Source: Vicugna vicugna (lineage: Eukaryota). Taken from it: DNA of 64,000 nt. The DNA lies in contig MU058531.1 of the NCBI GenBank assembly GCA_013265495.1, positions 1,674,911 to 1,738,910 of the forward strand, read 5' to 3'. The notes under the pieces were generated by a model. That model searched no databases and was not told the origin of the DNA. It worked only from the letters and a program-made list of their open reading frames with translations. The number at the start of each line of letters is the position of its first letter. Position 1 is the first letter of the stretch. The translations under genes and the position numbers were made by a program. This document shows, in pieces, positions 1 to 12,694 of the stretch.

Positions 1-1740
1 AAAAATACCTAAACAGACACTTCAAAAAATAAATGGATGGCAAATAAACACATAAAACGACATTCAATATCACTGGTCATTTTGGAAATGCAAATTAAAA
101 CTACCATGAGATACCACTATACACCTGTTACAATAGCTGAAATGTAAAAGTCTGGCCATACCAAGTGTTGTCAAGGATATGAAGGAAATGGAACTCTCAT
201 ACAACACCGAAGGAAATGTTAAGCAGTACCACCACTTTGGAAAATTGTCTGGCTGTTCCTTAAAAAAAAATTTCTTCTCAGTTTTTCCACTCTAGATTGT
301 TTTGTCTGTTCTGGAACTTCATCTAAATGGAATCACACAGTATGTATCATTTGTGTCAAGTTTCTTTCATTCATCACAATGCCTTTGAAATTTACCTGTA
401 TTATTATATATATCAGTAGTTCTTTCCTTTCTATAGCTGAGCAGTATTCAACTGTATGAATAAACCATAGTTTGTTTATCCAGCTTGGGGCTATTATGAG
501 TAAAGAGCTATAAGTGTTCTTGTGCAAGTCTGTCTGTGAACCACGTTTTCATTTCTCTTGGGTAAATGCCTAGGAATTAAATATCTGATCATAAAGTAAC
601 CTTATGTTTCATTTCAATAACGTATTATCAGAAATTTCCCCAAAGCGGTTGTACTATTTTAGATTCTCACTAGCGTTGTATAAAAGTTCTAGTTTTTGGT
701 GAAGCAGAGGTGGGGATTGACTGAGCACAAAGTGAGCAACTTTCTGGGGTGCTGGAAATGTTCTGTATCTTTATATGGGCTTGAGTTACACACATGCATC
801 CATTTGTCAAAAACTCAGCAAAGATTCAATTTTGTGTACATTTCATTGTATGTAAACTTAGCTAAGAAAAAGCTGTAAACAAGTATTGAATACTAGCTAA
901 TGATATGCTGACTTAAATATTTAGGGTGAATTGTACTGATGTCTGCTATTTAGTTTGTAGTGCATCAAAAAAAAGGTACATTGATAGGTGGACAAAAGGA
1001 TGGTTGTATTGATAGATAGCTACAAAACAAGAGCATAAAATGTTAATGATACAATTTTATGTGTATATAAAGGTGGTCACTGTAAAAGTCTTTTCAGCTT
1101 CACTGAGCGTTTAAAATATTTCAAAACAAAATGCTAAAACTGAACAAAAGGTAAAACATACATCCACCATAAGAGCCACCTATCCCACCCTACTCCTAGG
1201 TATTGACCCAAGAGAAATGAAAGCGTATGTCCACACAAAGACTTGTACATGAATGTTCAGAGCAACTTTATTTGTAATGACAAGAGGCTGGAAACAACCC
1301 AACTGTTCACTAAGAGATGGATGGATAAACAAAAGGTGGTATATCCATACAATAGGCTACTATTCGGCAATTAAAAGAAATAAACTACCAATATGTGCAA
1401 CTCAAAATAATGTTGCTGTGTGAAAGAAATCAACCTCTCCTCCCCCCAACATTCATACTGTATGACTTCATTCATATAAAATTGTAGAATATGGAAACTA
1501 ATCAATGGTGACAGAAAGCAGAACAGTAATTGCCGGGGGATAGGGTGTGAGGAGGAGCATGGAGAGGAGCGGGGAGGGGGAGAGAGGGAAGGATTACGAG
1601 TGGGAATGAGGAAACATTTGGGCTTGATTGTGATGATGGCTTCACAGTTGTGTACATATGTCAAAACCTATCAGATTTTAAATTTTAAATAGGTGCAGTT
1701 TAGCATATATCAATTGTACTGTTAAAAAGCTGTTTTTAAA
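1..1740. mobile_element. Cluster of old L1 (L1M-type) ORF2-end/3' UTR fragments: 1-260 (+), ~270-690 (-), ~700-1740 (+)
   Basis: Hallmark L1 phrases such as 'gaaatgcaaattaaaactaccatgagataccactatacacc' and 'ctcctaggtattgacccaagagaaatgaaagc...acttgtacatgaatgttc'; no intact ORF. Confidence 0.8.
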
Positions 1741-2936
1741 ATCCTAAAGAAAATATTGAAATTTTTAATCTAGTAGTATATTTTAGAATATTTTATTCAT
1801 GTAAGCTTTATGCAATGAGTGCAAAGATTACATAATACTGGAAAATTATGAATATGCTATATTATATTAATTAGTTGAAATTTAAATTTTCAATTAATAT
1901 TTTAAAGGTCTGATGTTTTTAATTCTAAGAGAACTTAGTATTTTATAAAATTATTTTTTTAAATCTGTCAAGCTGATATCCAAAATGGCATTAGTGATAA
2001 AATACTAGATGATTTCCCATTAAGCCAGGAATGCCCACTATTACAACCTTTATTTTTGTCTTTTAATCTGATATTTTAGCTGGTAGAATTAAGTAAGTAA
2101 AATGAATTAGTGATATAAATATTGAAAAGGAGGTGATAGAAATGTCAGCATTTGTAGATGAACTGGTTTCCCATCAGAATGTACAAAAATAAGTCAAATG
2201 AAATTCCAGTAAGTTGGTGGTGTGTTACAAAACATATTAAAATAATGGTTTTCTTATATTGTAATAATAACAAAAAATACAGAGTATTTTAGAATACATT
2301 TTAAATAAACATGCAGATTTACTATAGAGAAAACTGTGAGTCTTTACTGAGCAGCATGAATGAGAATTGGAAAACTGGAAAGATGTTTCATGTTTCCAGA
2401 ATAGGAAGGCTCAGTGGTAAGATGTCAGTTCTACAGAAATTAATCCAAAGCAACACAATGAAAATAAAAATGCCAACAGTATTTCTCTTCAATCTGACAT
2501 GATTCAAAATTTCATCTGCAAGGATAAACATAGAAGAAAACCCAGAACGATATAGAAGGAATATCTATGCAGGGAAACCTGTTCAACAAGCTAACAAAAT
2601 GTACTAAGAAGCCACAATAATGTAAACATTAGGGTGAAATTTGGACAATCATAGACAGATCAGTGGAACAGAATCTAAAATCCAGAAAGAGACTCAGATA
2701 TGGTGACAGTAGCATCCCAAATCAAATGAAGTCAAAATAATAAAACTGGCAAAAAAAAAAAAAAAAAAACCTTTAAACATCTTTCTAACAGAAAATACCA
2801 CAAAAAAGAAAAGGCAAATTGTGGGCAGAAAAATGCAACATATATGACAGAAAAGGGGTTAGTTACTCAAATATAAAAGGAACTCTAACAAAATAATGTG
2901 CCGCATTAGAAAAACATGCAAAACCATAAACACCAC

Positions 2937-3190
2937 TTTTTATCGAAGTATAGTTGAGTTGCAATGTTGTGTTAGTTTCAGATGTACAGCAACGTGATTC
3001 TTTTCCATTATAGGTTATTACATGATATTGAATAAAGTTCCTTGTGCTATATAGTAGGTCCTTGTTGCTTATCTATTTTATATATAGTAGCATGTATCTG
3101 TTAATCCCAAACTTCTAATTTATCCCTCCTCCCACCCTTTCCCCTTTGGTAACCATAAGTTTGTTTTCTATGCCTGTGAGTCTATTTCAA
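2937..3190 (-). mobile_element. Artiodactyl-type L1 3' end, 5'-truncated
   Basis: 'gaagtatagttgagttgcaatgttgtgttagtttcagatgtacagc...ccctttggtaaccataagtttgttttctatg' is the reverse complement of an L1 3' UTR. Confidence 0.8.
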
Positions 3191-3351
3191 ACAGTGCATT
3201 TTTAAGAAATATAAATGATGAGTAGACAAAGAATAAACATAATATTACTATTAATCTGAGAAATGCATATTAAAACAAGGAGATAAAGATATTTCCACCT
3301 GTTAAATGGTCAAAGATCGTATCAAAGCATAGTAATAGTAAATATTTGCAA

Positions 3352-3497
3352 GGGGAGAGTATAGCTTAGTGGTAGAGTGCGTGCTTACCATACATGAGGT
3401 CCTGGGCTCAATCCCCAGTACTGCCATCAAAAAATAAATAAATAAAAATAAACCTAACTGCCTCCTCCCCCCAAATTAAAATAATTTAAAAAATTTT
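3352..3497 (+). mobile_element. tRNA-derived SINE (camelid vic-1-like)
   Basis: tRNA-Ala-like head with A box (tagcttagtgg) and B box (ggctcaatcc), A-rich tail, imperfect TSD taatagtaaa(ta)tttgcaa on both sides. Confidence 0.88.
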
Positions 3498-3524
3498 TAA
3501 TAGTAAATTTGCAAAAATGACTTT

Positions 3525-3892
3525 TTGTTGCATTTGGCCAATGGGAGGCACCAAAAAGAGATAGGAAACAGGAGAGTGAGTGGAATTTTTACTTCCCGTA
3601 TTCAGAATTGTAGTTAGCCATGCTTGTTCCGATACTTAAGGCCACAGTACCTGTTTAAATGGCCCTTCTCTCACAGCTGCAACTCCCACCAGGTTCCAAT
3701 AACTGCTCCCTTGTCAGTCTCTTTCAAGAGGCCTAGAGTGGAAAAAGTTTCCTGAGATATCTGGTCCCTAGATGCACAGTACCTGCTGATTCCTCTAACC
3801 CTGGCCCCACACCACTATTACTGCTCCCTCTGTGGAACTCCCTTGAATAACCCTGTTGAGTGTGGTTCCCTGGCAGGACCCTGACTGATACA
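3525..3892 (+). mobile_element. ERVL-class LTR remnant (LTR33/LTR16-like)
   Basis: 'tttggccaatgggaggcacc' internal motif and the typical terminus 'ggaccctgactgataca'. Confidence 0.65.
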
Positions 3893-4523
3893 CAACCCTG
3901 CAGTAGGAATGTATTGTTTAAATCTCCATGTGTCTGCGTGCAGATACAAATGTAGATACAGATTTAGACATAAGTAGAGACTCTCAGAAAAATCTCAGAA
4001 TGTATATAAACCAAAATGTTTCAGGACAGATAACTCAGAAACACACACACACATATACATACATTTCTACATGTAAAAATTCAATCAATGACAAAGAATG
4101 TAGGAAAAGAATTGGTCAAAAATAATGCCATTGCTTAGCTTTTTATACAGAAAGTTCATTTAGACCATCTCTATATACGGACAATATAAAAACTGTGTGT
4201 AAAAAAATTAAAACCTTAAAAAACATATACAAATTAAAATTTACCAATCTCTGAGGAAAAGGAATTTGTAAGTTCCACAGGGAGCTTGGGAAGGGAAAGT
4301 CTGAAAAAGATGAATCAATTTAACATTTAAAAAAATGTAATTTCTACTGATGACAAACAAAAATCAAAAAAAATATTAAAAATGTATATAATTACAAGAG
4401 AAGCAAAATTTTCAGATTATTAATATGTAAAGGACAATGGCCAGCAAGAAAAAGATATGAATGGAACAACCCCAAAAGAGAACATGACACTATTTATACC
4501 TCCATTCAAAACTTTCAAGCCTC

Positions 4524-4713
4524 CTATATATAAAATAGATAGATAAATTTCTACTGTATAGCACTGGGAACTATATTCAATATCTTGTAGTAACCTATAA
4601 TGAAAAAGAATATGAAAAGGAATATATGTGTGTATATGTATGACTGAAACATTATGCTGTACACCAGAGATTGACACAACATTGTAAACTGACTATACTT
4701 AACTAAAAAAACC
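4524..4713 (+). mobile_element. Short L1 3'-end insertion with perfect 14-bp TSD
   Basis: L1 3' UTR ending in an A-tract; TSD aactttcaagcctc at 4510-4523 and 4714-4727. Confidence 0.88.
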
Positions 4714-4869
4714 AACTTTCAAGCCTCATCTCTCACAACACCTCCTCGACCCTATGCCTGTTCCTTTGGCTTAGAATTCTCATCCCTCCCCACCCCAACA
4801 TTATCCCAAACCCCCACGTCCCCACCTACTCTCACCCTATGCACTCAGCTTCACAGGCAAACATCTCAC

Positions 4870-6450
4870 CTGGCAAAGTCCCAGGCAGGACTCTCACTTC
4901 TGGACCTGCACCCAAGCAACTGAATTGCTAGGGAATATTGGACAACTGTGCAGACTGATTTCCCTTTAACTCAGTGACCATCAGTCTCAATGAGTTACTC
5001 CACACTGCCCAGAAATCCCAATAAGTTCCCTGATAACCCCTTGATTTCCTACTTTTAAAGACAATAATGTCATTTGAGAGCATTGTCTACAAATGGGATC
5101 CACTTTCGTATCTTGCATCACTTTTCCACTTCTTCCCAACTTCCCCTTCGCCGACCCACTCTAACAAAATGTTTCTTACTCAGATTGCCAAAACCTATGG
5201 ACATTTTCAATCCTCATCTTATTAAACCTCTCAAATGACCACAACCTCCGCACTGAAACACCCTTCTCTTCCAATTCCATGAAACATCACCTCCTTCGTT
5301 TCTTCCTTACCTTCCTGCTTGCTCTATCTAGGTCTCTGTTTCCAGGCTTCCCTTCTTTCCTCAGTCTCTAAAGAGTGTGGAACTACTCCAGGTCTCTACT
5401 GAGGGGGGTCTTCTCACTCTATCTTGGATGATTTCATCCATACATGTTTACTCTGACATCAGCTCCGTGCTACCAACTCCCAGGTTTTTATCTCCAAACC
5501 GGGTTTCTCTCCTGACCTCAAATTCATATCACCACTTGAATGTCTCATAAGCTTCTCACCTTTAACATGCCCAAGAGAACTCTTATTCTTTATACACCCT
5601 CCCACCTCCCCCATCCAAGCCTGTTGCTCCACATATCAGTAAATGGCACCTCCATTAAATCAATTGCTCCGACCAGAAACCTGGACGTTGACATTGTTAT
5701 TTCCTTCTTCCTTCCCAAATCTAGTTCACCATGAAGTTTTGTTGATTCCACCTCCACAATATATCTCTAGCCTATCCTCTTCTGCTGAGGATTTGGCCCA
5801 TCCAAACCACCTTCACTTCCCTTCTAGACTGCTTTCATAGCCTTTTGACTGATCTCACATCTACTCTTGCCTCTCCCAATCTATTCATCACACAATGGCC
5901 AGAAAAGAAAATTCTTAAAATATAGACCTGATCAAAACTCTTCAGTGCCTTTCTATTAAAATTCGTATAAAAATCCAGAATCCTCACTATGACTCTACAT
6001 GATCTGGTTCCTTTTACTTTTTTGACTTCATCTCATATCCTTTCTAATTTCTCATTCTCCTCCAGCCTCACTGCTCTTCTTTCAAGTCCTCACACCTATC
6101 AAACTCTTCCCACTTCAGGGAGTTCACCTGTGTTTTTCTCTCTACTGAACCACTTTCCATGGCTCTTTGCCAGTCTAACTTTACTTGTTCTTCTGATCTC
6201 AGCTTAAATATCACTCCCTCAAAGAGGCTTTCCCTAACCATCACCACCCTCAATCTAAATTAGGTCCCTCTAGCATACCATCTTGTACTTTGCTTTCACG
6301 TAATTTACCTCATTTTATATTATATACCTATTTATGTGATTATTTCTAGTGTGTTTTCCCACTAGAGCTAGATCATATACTGCATGAGAATAGGTACCAG
6401 GGGATATTTGATTGGCTCATCATTTTTATACCCAGCACTCTGCCACCACT
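4870..6450 (+). mobile_element. L2 LINE remnant
   Basis: Pyrimidine-rich L2 phrases, e.g. 'ctcagcttaaatatcactccctcaaagaggctttccctaacc' and 'atccaccacttgaatgtctcataagcttctc'. Confidence 0.7.
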
Positions 6451-7504
6451 AAGCACATGCTGTTGGGTTTTTTTCAACAAGGAGATTAGTGAATACCTGA
6501 AGAGGGGGCTCAAGCCTCACATCTGTAACTCCTCTCTCACCTGCTCCCTACACTGGTAGATTTCAGCACTTGCTCCCTTGTTCCCCACTGAATATTATAC
6601 CTATAATCATACTTGACAAACAGTCTCACTGAACTACTTTTGGGTTCTTAAATGAACCAATACTCCATCCTGCTCCTGGGCCTTCACACACACTAATCCC
6701 TCTCACTGAAACACTGCTTTCCTCACTTAACCAAGTGATCCAACTCATATGCTTAGGATCAGTTTAGGGAATGAATTAAGAACCTGCTTGAACAGTTCCC
6801 TCCCTAGGAAAGTGAGAGTAGACCTGCTTCTACTTTCTTAAACCAACATTTTTTCAATGTGGAAAACACATTAGGAATAGGAAATTCTAAAATGAACCAC
6901 TATTCAAATCACATGTTGCTACTGAAAATACTGCAGATTTAACTCCATCTCCTACCAGTGGAGTGGAAATAAATAAACCAGTTTCTCTAAAATGGCTTCA
7001 AGGACAGTGCCAGTGCCATCTGTGTTAACAAAATTTCAGGCAAAAAAATCAGTGGTTACATAAGACAAGAATGCCTAATTTTCCACATTGGCTTTTTCAG
7101 AAGAACAGCCTTGAAAGTATCCAGAAATCAATTGATTGGGTAATACACTTTCAGCAGCCCAGTAGCTGACAGAGAGCCTAAATCACCAAGTGAAGACCAG
7201 GGAGACCTGAATAGGCACTGTCCAAGTAAAGAGAGACCCTGAAAACAGAGAATATATTCAAAGCGAGTGACTGGCATGGGCCGATACAAACTCAATTATC
7301 AAAGATACTGCATGTGCCATTTTTCATAATAATTAGGTTGCGGGCACCACAGGTTGGCTCACTTGGCATTCATACCTACTTTTTCTACTTTGGTTTCCTC
7401 TAGTATAGAAGCTAGGAAAGCTAATTAATCACTTTCCCATTCTCTCTTGAAACTAGAGATGACTAAATGAACAGTTTGAGCTGATAAAACTTCATCTCCC
7501 AACC

Positions 7505-8320
7505 GCTTAAGTCAAAAAATTGGAGTCATCCTTGACTCCTGTCTTCCTCCCATACCCCACATCTGACCCATTAGCAAATTCTGTTTGCTCCACTTCCATA
7601 ATATATTCCAAATCTAAATATTTCTCACCAGATCCACTGTTACCATCTTTATCTAAGTCAGTGTTATCTATTGTCCGTGCCACTGTCACAGTCTCCCATT
7701 TGGTCTCTCTGTTTCCATCTTTGCCCCCTACAATCTACTTTTCAAAGAACAGCTCTATAGTTATCTTTTTAAAATGTAGACCTCATCTTACCACTCCTTT
7801 ACTCAAAACCTTCCAACATCTTTAAATCAAATAGAATACAAACTCCTTACTGTAGTCTACAAGAACTTGCATGATGTGCCTTCCAGCTACCCTGCCAACA
7901 TCCATGTCCACCACTCTCCTGCTTGTTCAGAATTGCTGGCCTCCTTGCTGTTATTCAAACATGCCAAGAATGTTCCTCATCAGGGCCTTTCTATCTGATG
8001 TTTTCTGTGCCTGGAACACTCTTCCTTCAGATATATTTCTCCCTCATTTATTTAAGTCTCTACTCAATCATCACTCTATCAGAGACCCCTTCCCCAAATA
8101 CTATACCTAAAAAGGCATGCTTCCCATCATTCTGACTTCACTGCATGCATTACAACTTGACCTTATCATTAGTATGTATTGGTTTATTTCTTTATTGTCC
8201 CTCCAACACTTATGCACACACACATGCACACACATGTATTTTATTTACCACTATATCCCCAGCATCTAAAAACGTGCCTAACATATAGTAGGAGCTTAAT
8301 AATTGTATCTGTAGAATTAA
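7505..8320 (+). mobile_element. L2 3' portion
   Basis: 'ttggagtcatccttgactcc' through the L2 terminus 'gtgcctaacatatagtaggagcttaataattg'. Confidence 0.75.
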
Positions 8321-8329
8321 TAAGCTTCC

Positions 8330-8857
8330 CATAGACCTCTGCCCAGACTTGAGTTATCCTCTATTACCATTGATCTATTCCTTTCCGCAACAGTGAATCA
8401 CGATTCACCTAAACCAGTCATGGTAATCCTATTCCACTTTGGCATAGATTGTTATACAGTAAACATGTGATCTGATTTTTTCAAGGGAAGGGAAAATTAA
8501 CTAAAAGACATCTCTTCTTAAATAAAAAGACAAAGTCTTAGAAGTAGCTACTGTTTTGTACCTGTCTCTTCCTTCCTTCTTGGAATATGGGTATGAAGAT
8601 ATAATGCTCAGAGCTGTGGCAGCTATCTTGCAACAATGAGGTGACATGCATGAAGACTAAAAGTCAACTCAATGAGAATAGCAGAGTGGAAAGACAGGGA
8701 GGCCTCAATCCTGATGACAACATTAACCCAGTGAATGAGCCTGGAACTGCCCTTTTCCAGTGTTCTTATTAAGTAAACGATAAATGTTCTTATGGTTAGG
8801 TTATTGTTAGTCAGATTTTCCTTTATTAACAGCCAAATGAAGTCCCAACTGATTCAG
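8330..8857 (+). mobile_element. Old MaLR LTR (MLT1J/K-like)
   Basis: 'gctgtggcagctatcttgcaacaatgagg' and terminus 'acagccaaatgaagtcccaactgattca'. Confidence 0.6.
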
Positions 8858-10326
8858 TTATTTTATTATGAATCTGTTTGAGAGGACAAATGTGTTTTCC
8901 TTTTATGTAGATCATTCTGGATAATAAAAGAGAAGGAAAGAGGGAGAAAGGAAAGGGGGAAAAACTCAACTAACTTAAAGATGAAGTAATCCTGGAAGGG
9001 GAGTGAATTACGGAAAGGATAAAGAAGAAAATATACATATATATTTTCCAATATCTTCCCCACTCATCACCTAGTCTCAACTTCCTCCAATCTGTCTTTA
9101 TCTGAACCTTCTACTAATACATAAAGATTATAAACTAAGCCATTGCTTTCATAAATCTGTGGTGGTGCTTTCATACCATCACACTGTAAAACCTTTAATG
9201 GTGTCTCTTAATCTATCAGATAATGTTCATCTAATTAGCATTCAAAGCTGCTAAAATCCAACCATACCAATCCATTGAATGTATCTCCCCTTCTTTCCTT
9301 CCCGCTCAAATAAAAACAAATTAATCAGAACAAACTCTCTTTAATGTCCTCTTATTCTTTATGACGTCTAAGCCATGATCTCCTCATTCCCCCTTCCAAA
9401 TTGCTGGATGAGCTTATAGACAAAGTAAATAGGTATTTAAAATACTGACAAAGCAGAGTAGAGACAGAGAGGAGAGGCTCAACTATAATGAATTTATCTA
9501 GAATTCTGCAACCAGAAAACTGGAATAAACTTTCATTTCACCATGCGTGCATGTCTTGAACTTATGGTTTTAGAATTGTTTTATTTTGAACTACATATGG
9601 CATACATACATCATAAATTTTCTTCTAAAGTTTGAATCAAGCCCTGACCATTTAGAACACATCTTCTCTTCTCCTATCTAAATTCCACTCCATCCCTTGA
9701 GCCCAAATCAAAATCTAACCTTCTCCAAGCAACCTTTCCAGACCACAGTAGGATCTTTTTTTTAATGAATTTTTGCAGTTTTTAGATTCAAGTTTTCCCT
9801 TAACTATATATGTATTTGTATCATAAACTGTTCTATGTTAAGTTGTACCTTATCTCTCTTATTAGACTCAAAATTTCCTACTCACAAGTAAGCCCTTAGA
9901 ATACATTGTACTTTTTTTTAAATCTCCCACATTGCAGCTAGAACAGTAGGAATGCAATGGATACTTGTTGAATGGTAAGGGTACAGACCCTTGACTTGCC
10001 AGTTTACATGACCATTGTGCTAATGAATTTTTTAATATAAATACTTCATGTTTCAAGAGTTATTAACAAGCTATTGGGTCAAAGATAAATCCTGGATTAA
10101 GTTATAAAGTCAGACACTATAATCAGCATCAATAAATACCCAAGTCCTTTGGGAAGTTCTGCAAAAATCTACCAATTTTAACCAATTGCTCCTTGCAAAG
10201 TCTTTCCTAACAGGCAAGGGAAGAGCCACACAAGAACTTATTTGGTCAGATATTAATCTTCCCACTCCTCCCCCTTCACCCAAAACACTACTACCTCCAT
10301 TGCCAAATCAAAAATACGTACGTTTG

Positions 10327-10577
10327 AGGGAAAAGGGAGTGGGGGAGGGATAAATTAGGAGGTTGGGATTAGCAGATACAAACTACTATATATAAAATAG
10401 ATAAACAATAAGGTCCTACTGTATAGCATAGGGAACTATATTCAGTATCCTGTAATAAACCATAATGGAAAAGAATCTGAAAAAGATATATGTATATATA
10501 TATATATATCGGAATCACTTTTCACACCAGAAACTAAAACAACACTGTCAATAAACTCTACTTCAACTTAAAAAAAG
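10327..10577 (+). mobile_element. Artiodactyl-type L1 3' end
   Basis: 'gggattagcagatacaaactactatatataaaatagataaacaataaggtcctactgtatagca'; A tail; degenerate TSD (aaaaatacgtacgttt / aaaaagatgtatgttt). Confidence 0.85.
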
Positions 10578-10866
10578 ATGTATGTTTTAAATCAGAATAT
10601 GGATTGGCAACCAATAGCATTTATGCCCTATCAAAACTGACTGCCATCACATGCCCACCTCCCTGCTGCCTCTGACGGTCTGCTCCCTGCCTCAGTGACA
10701 AAAATTGGCAGCCAGAATGCTGCTTCTTCCAGCGTTAGTGAGCTATCCTGCTCCTCCCTGTTTGGAAATCATGGCCAGACGCCTCCAACCTGCTAAAGGG
10801 AAGGGAGTAGAAACTTTGGCACCCTAATTTTAAAAGAGTGCCAGTCCATGATGTAAAAGAAAGACT

Positions 10867-11031
10867 ACAACAAGGATTTACTGTGTAGCACAGGGAACCA
10901 AATTCAACATCTTGTAATAACCGATAATGGAAAAGAATATATATATGTATAGCTGAATCACTCTGCTGTACGCCTGAAATGAACACAATATTGTAAATCA
11001 ACTATACTTCAATGTGGAAAAAAAAAAAAAA
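10867..11031 (+). mobile_element. Artiodactyl-type L1 3' end
   Basis: 'caacaaggatttactgtgtagcacagggaacc...gtaaatcaactatacttcaat' followed by poly(A). Confidence 0.85.
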
Positions 11032-12214
11032 GGAAGACCATATCCTTCTCCAAGCGGGGACACTGCCTCTTTCCTTCGTTGCAGTCATTGCGGTCATTAG
11101 CTGATGTCTTTGGCAGAGAACATGTGGAGTAAGCTTTTCCAGGGCATGCTTGTAGCCTTGGAAATAGATCTTCCAAAGCAAAAAGTCAAACTTCTAATTG
11201 TTTCTCAGTTTGCACTCACCCATTCACCAACACACCTCATTTTTTTTAAATATTTTTTTAACAAAGCAAGCCAAATTCATACTCCCTACTGTCCCCTTAC
11301 CACTGGCAAGTCATTCAGATTTTTACTTCAACTTTTGGACTATTTTCTTTCCCTTCTCAATTGAAAAAAAAAAAAACCAAGAAAACCTTTTTTTGTCATC
11401 AGTAATTATTGCCTTTCCCATTTTCCCTTTTCTGTTCCCTGGCCTCATTTTTCCTGTCCTTTTCTGGAACAATATAAATTTTAAAAACTAAACAGAATTG
11501 TGGGTAGGACAATAATTGAGATTTTAAGGTCAGTATAAAAAAACTGGATACGAAGGATTACTTATTCCTTTTAAAGCTCAATACAGATGTATTTAGTATT
11601 CACTATAAAGGGCTTTTAAAGAGAAATACGAAATTTTTTCTCAGAAGTATGGAAGGTTACATACTAGCATTAGGCCAATATCATATTATGATATGATAAT
11701 AAACATGAACTACTATAAACTCTTTTCTGCTGGATTCAATGACAAGAGTTTAACAGGCAATCCAGAGCCCCAACTTCAACTTTAATCAATTCCAATGTCA
11801 AATGTCTGATTATCATATGCTCCACTTAATGAGTAACTAGCTGGAGAGTAACATCTCAGCTTGATTGCAGCATGATATGTACAAATCAGACTGCTGGATT
11901 TTCTATTTTTAACACAGTTAAAGGGTAACAAATACGTCTTAAAAGACCATGGAAAAATACCACACAGCTAAGAGAATTGAAAAACTAAATGCTTCTAATT
12001 GCAGGTTAAGTTACTCTCATATTCTGGGCTTAATTTTTCCTTGGGATCTCAGGAAGATATAATATGCTGTATCGAGCTACAGAAACAATAAATAACTTCC
12101 ACCAAAATCTCTATTGCTTTAGCCATGGTTGTCTGGTGTGAGGACTAAGCCAAATAGATTCAAGCATACTCATGGTTTTTATTAACCTCTTCCCCAGAAT
12201 TAATCAAGATTTGA

Positions 12215-12378
12215 GTCCCAATTCTACCACTCAAGAGCTTTGTGACATCTAAAATGTGGTTTGCTTTTCTAGGTCTCAGTTTTCTTATTTGTAAAATAGA
12301 GATAATAACCTACTTCACAGGGCTGTCTTAAGAATTAAATGAGAGAGTATACATGAAATATCTAGCTCAGTGCCTAGA
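12215..12378 (+). mobile_element. MIR SINE
   Basis: MIR core 'tctcagttttcttatttgtaaaatagagataataacctacttcacagggctgtc...aattaaatgaga'. Confidence 0.8.
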
Positions 12379-12574
12379 ATCTACTGAATTTCCTTCGAAC
12401 TTCTCCGCATCTTTAAACATTCTTACTATTGTGAGCCAGTAGGATATATGGAAGTATTCATTCCTCTGTAGCAATGAGCTGAATGAGTTTCTTGTTTATA
12501 AGCATTCTTCCAAAATGTTTCGTGTGCAGGCAATTTTAATTTCTATAAATAGTATTATATATCTTATCCTATGT

Positions 12575-12694
12575 GAGGGGGAATTAGTTTATTTCTATCT
12601 TTCTTTGATTTTTTTTCATGGAGGTACTGGGGATTGAACCCAGGACCTTGAGCATGCTAAGCATGTACTCTACCACGGAGCTATATACCCTCCC
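12575..12694 (-). mobile_element. tRNA-derived SINE (vic-1-like)
   Basis: Reverse complement of the same head as 3352 ('ggaggtactggggattgaacccaggacc...ctctaccacggagctatataccctccc'); degenerate TSD atatcttatcctat / acatctcatcctat. Confidence 0.88.

Noticed and set aside
3352..3424. tRNA genes at the SINE heads (also 12620, 22595, 45035)
   Set aside because: Each has a SINE tail, TSDs and stem-breaking substitutions; they are SINEs rather than tRNA genes.
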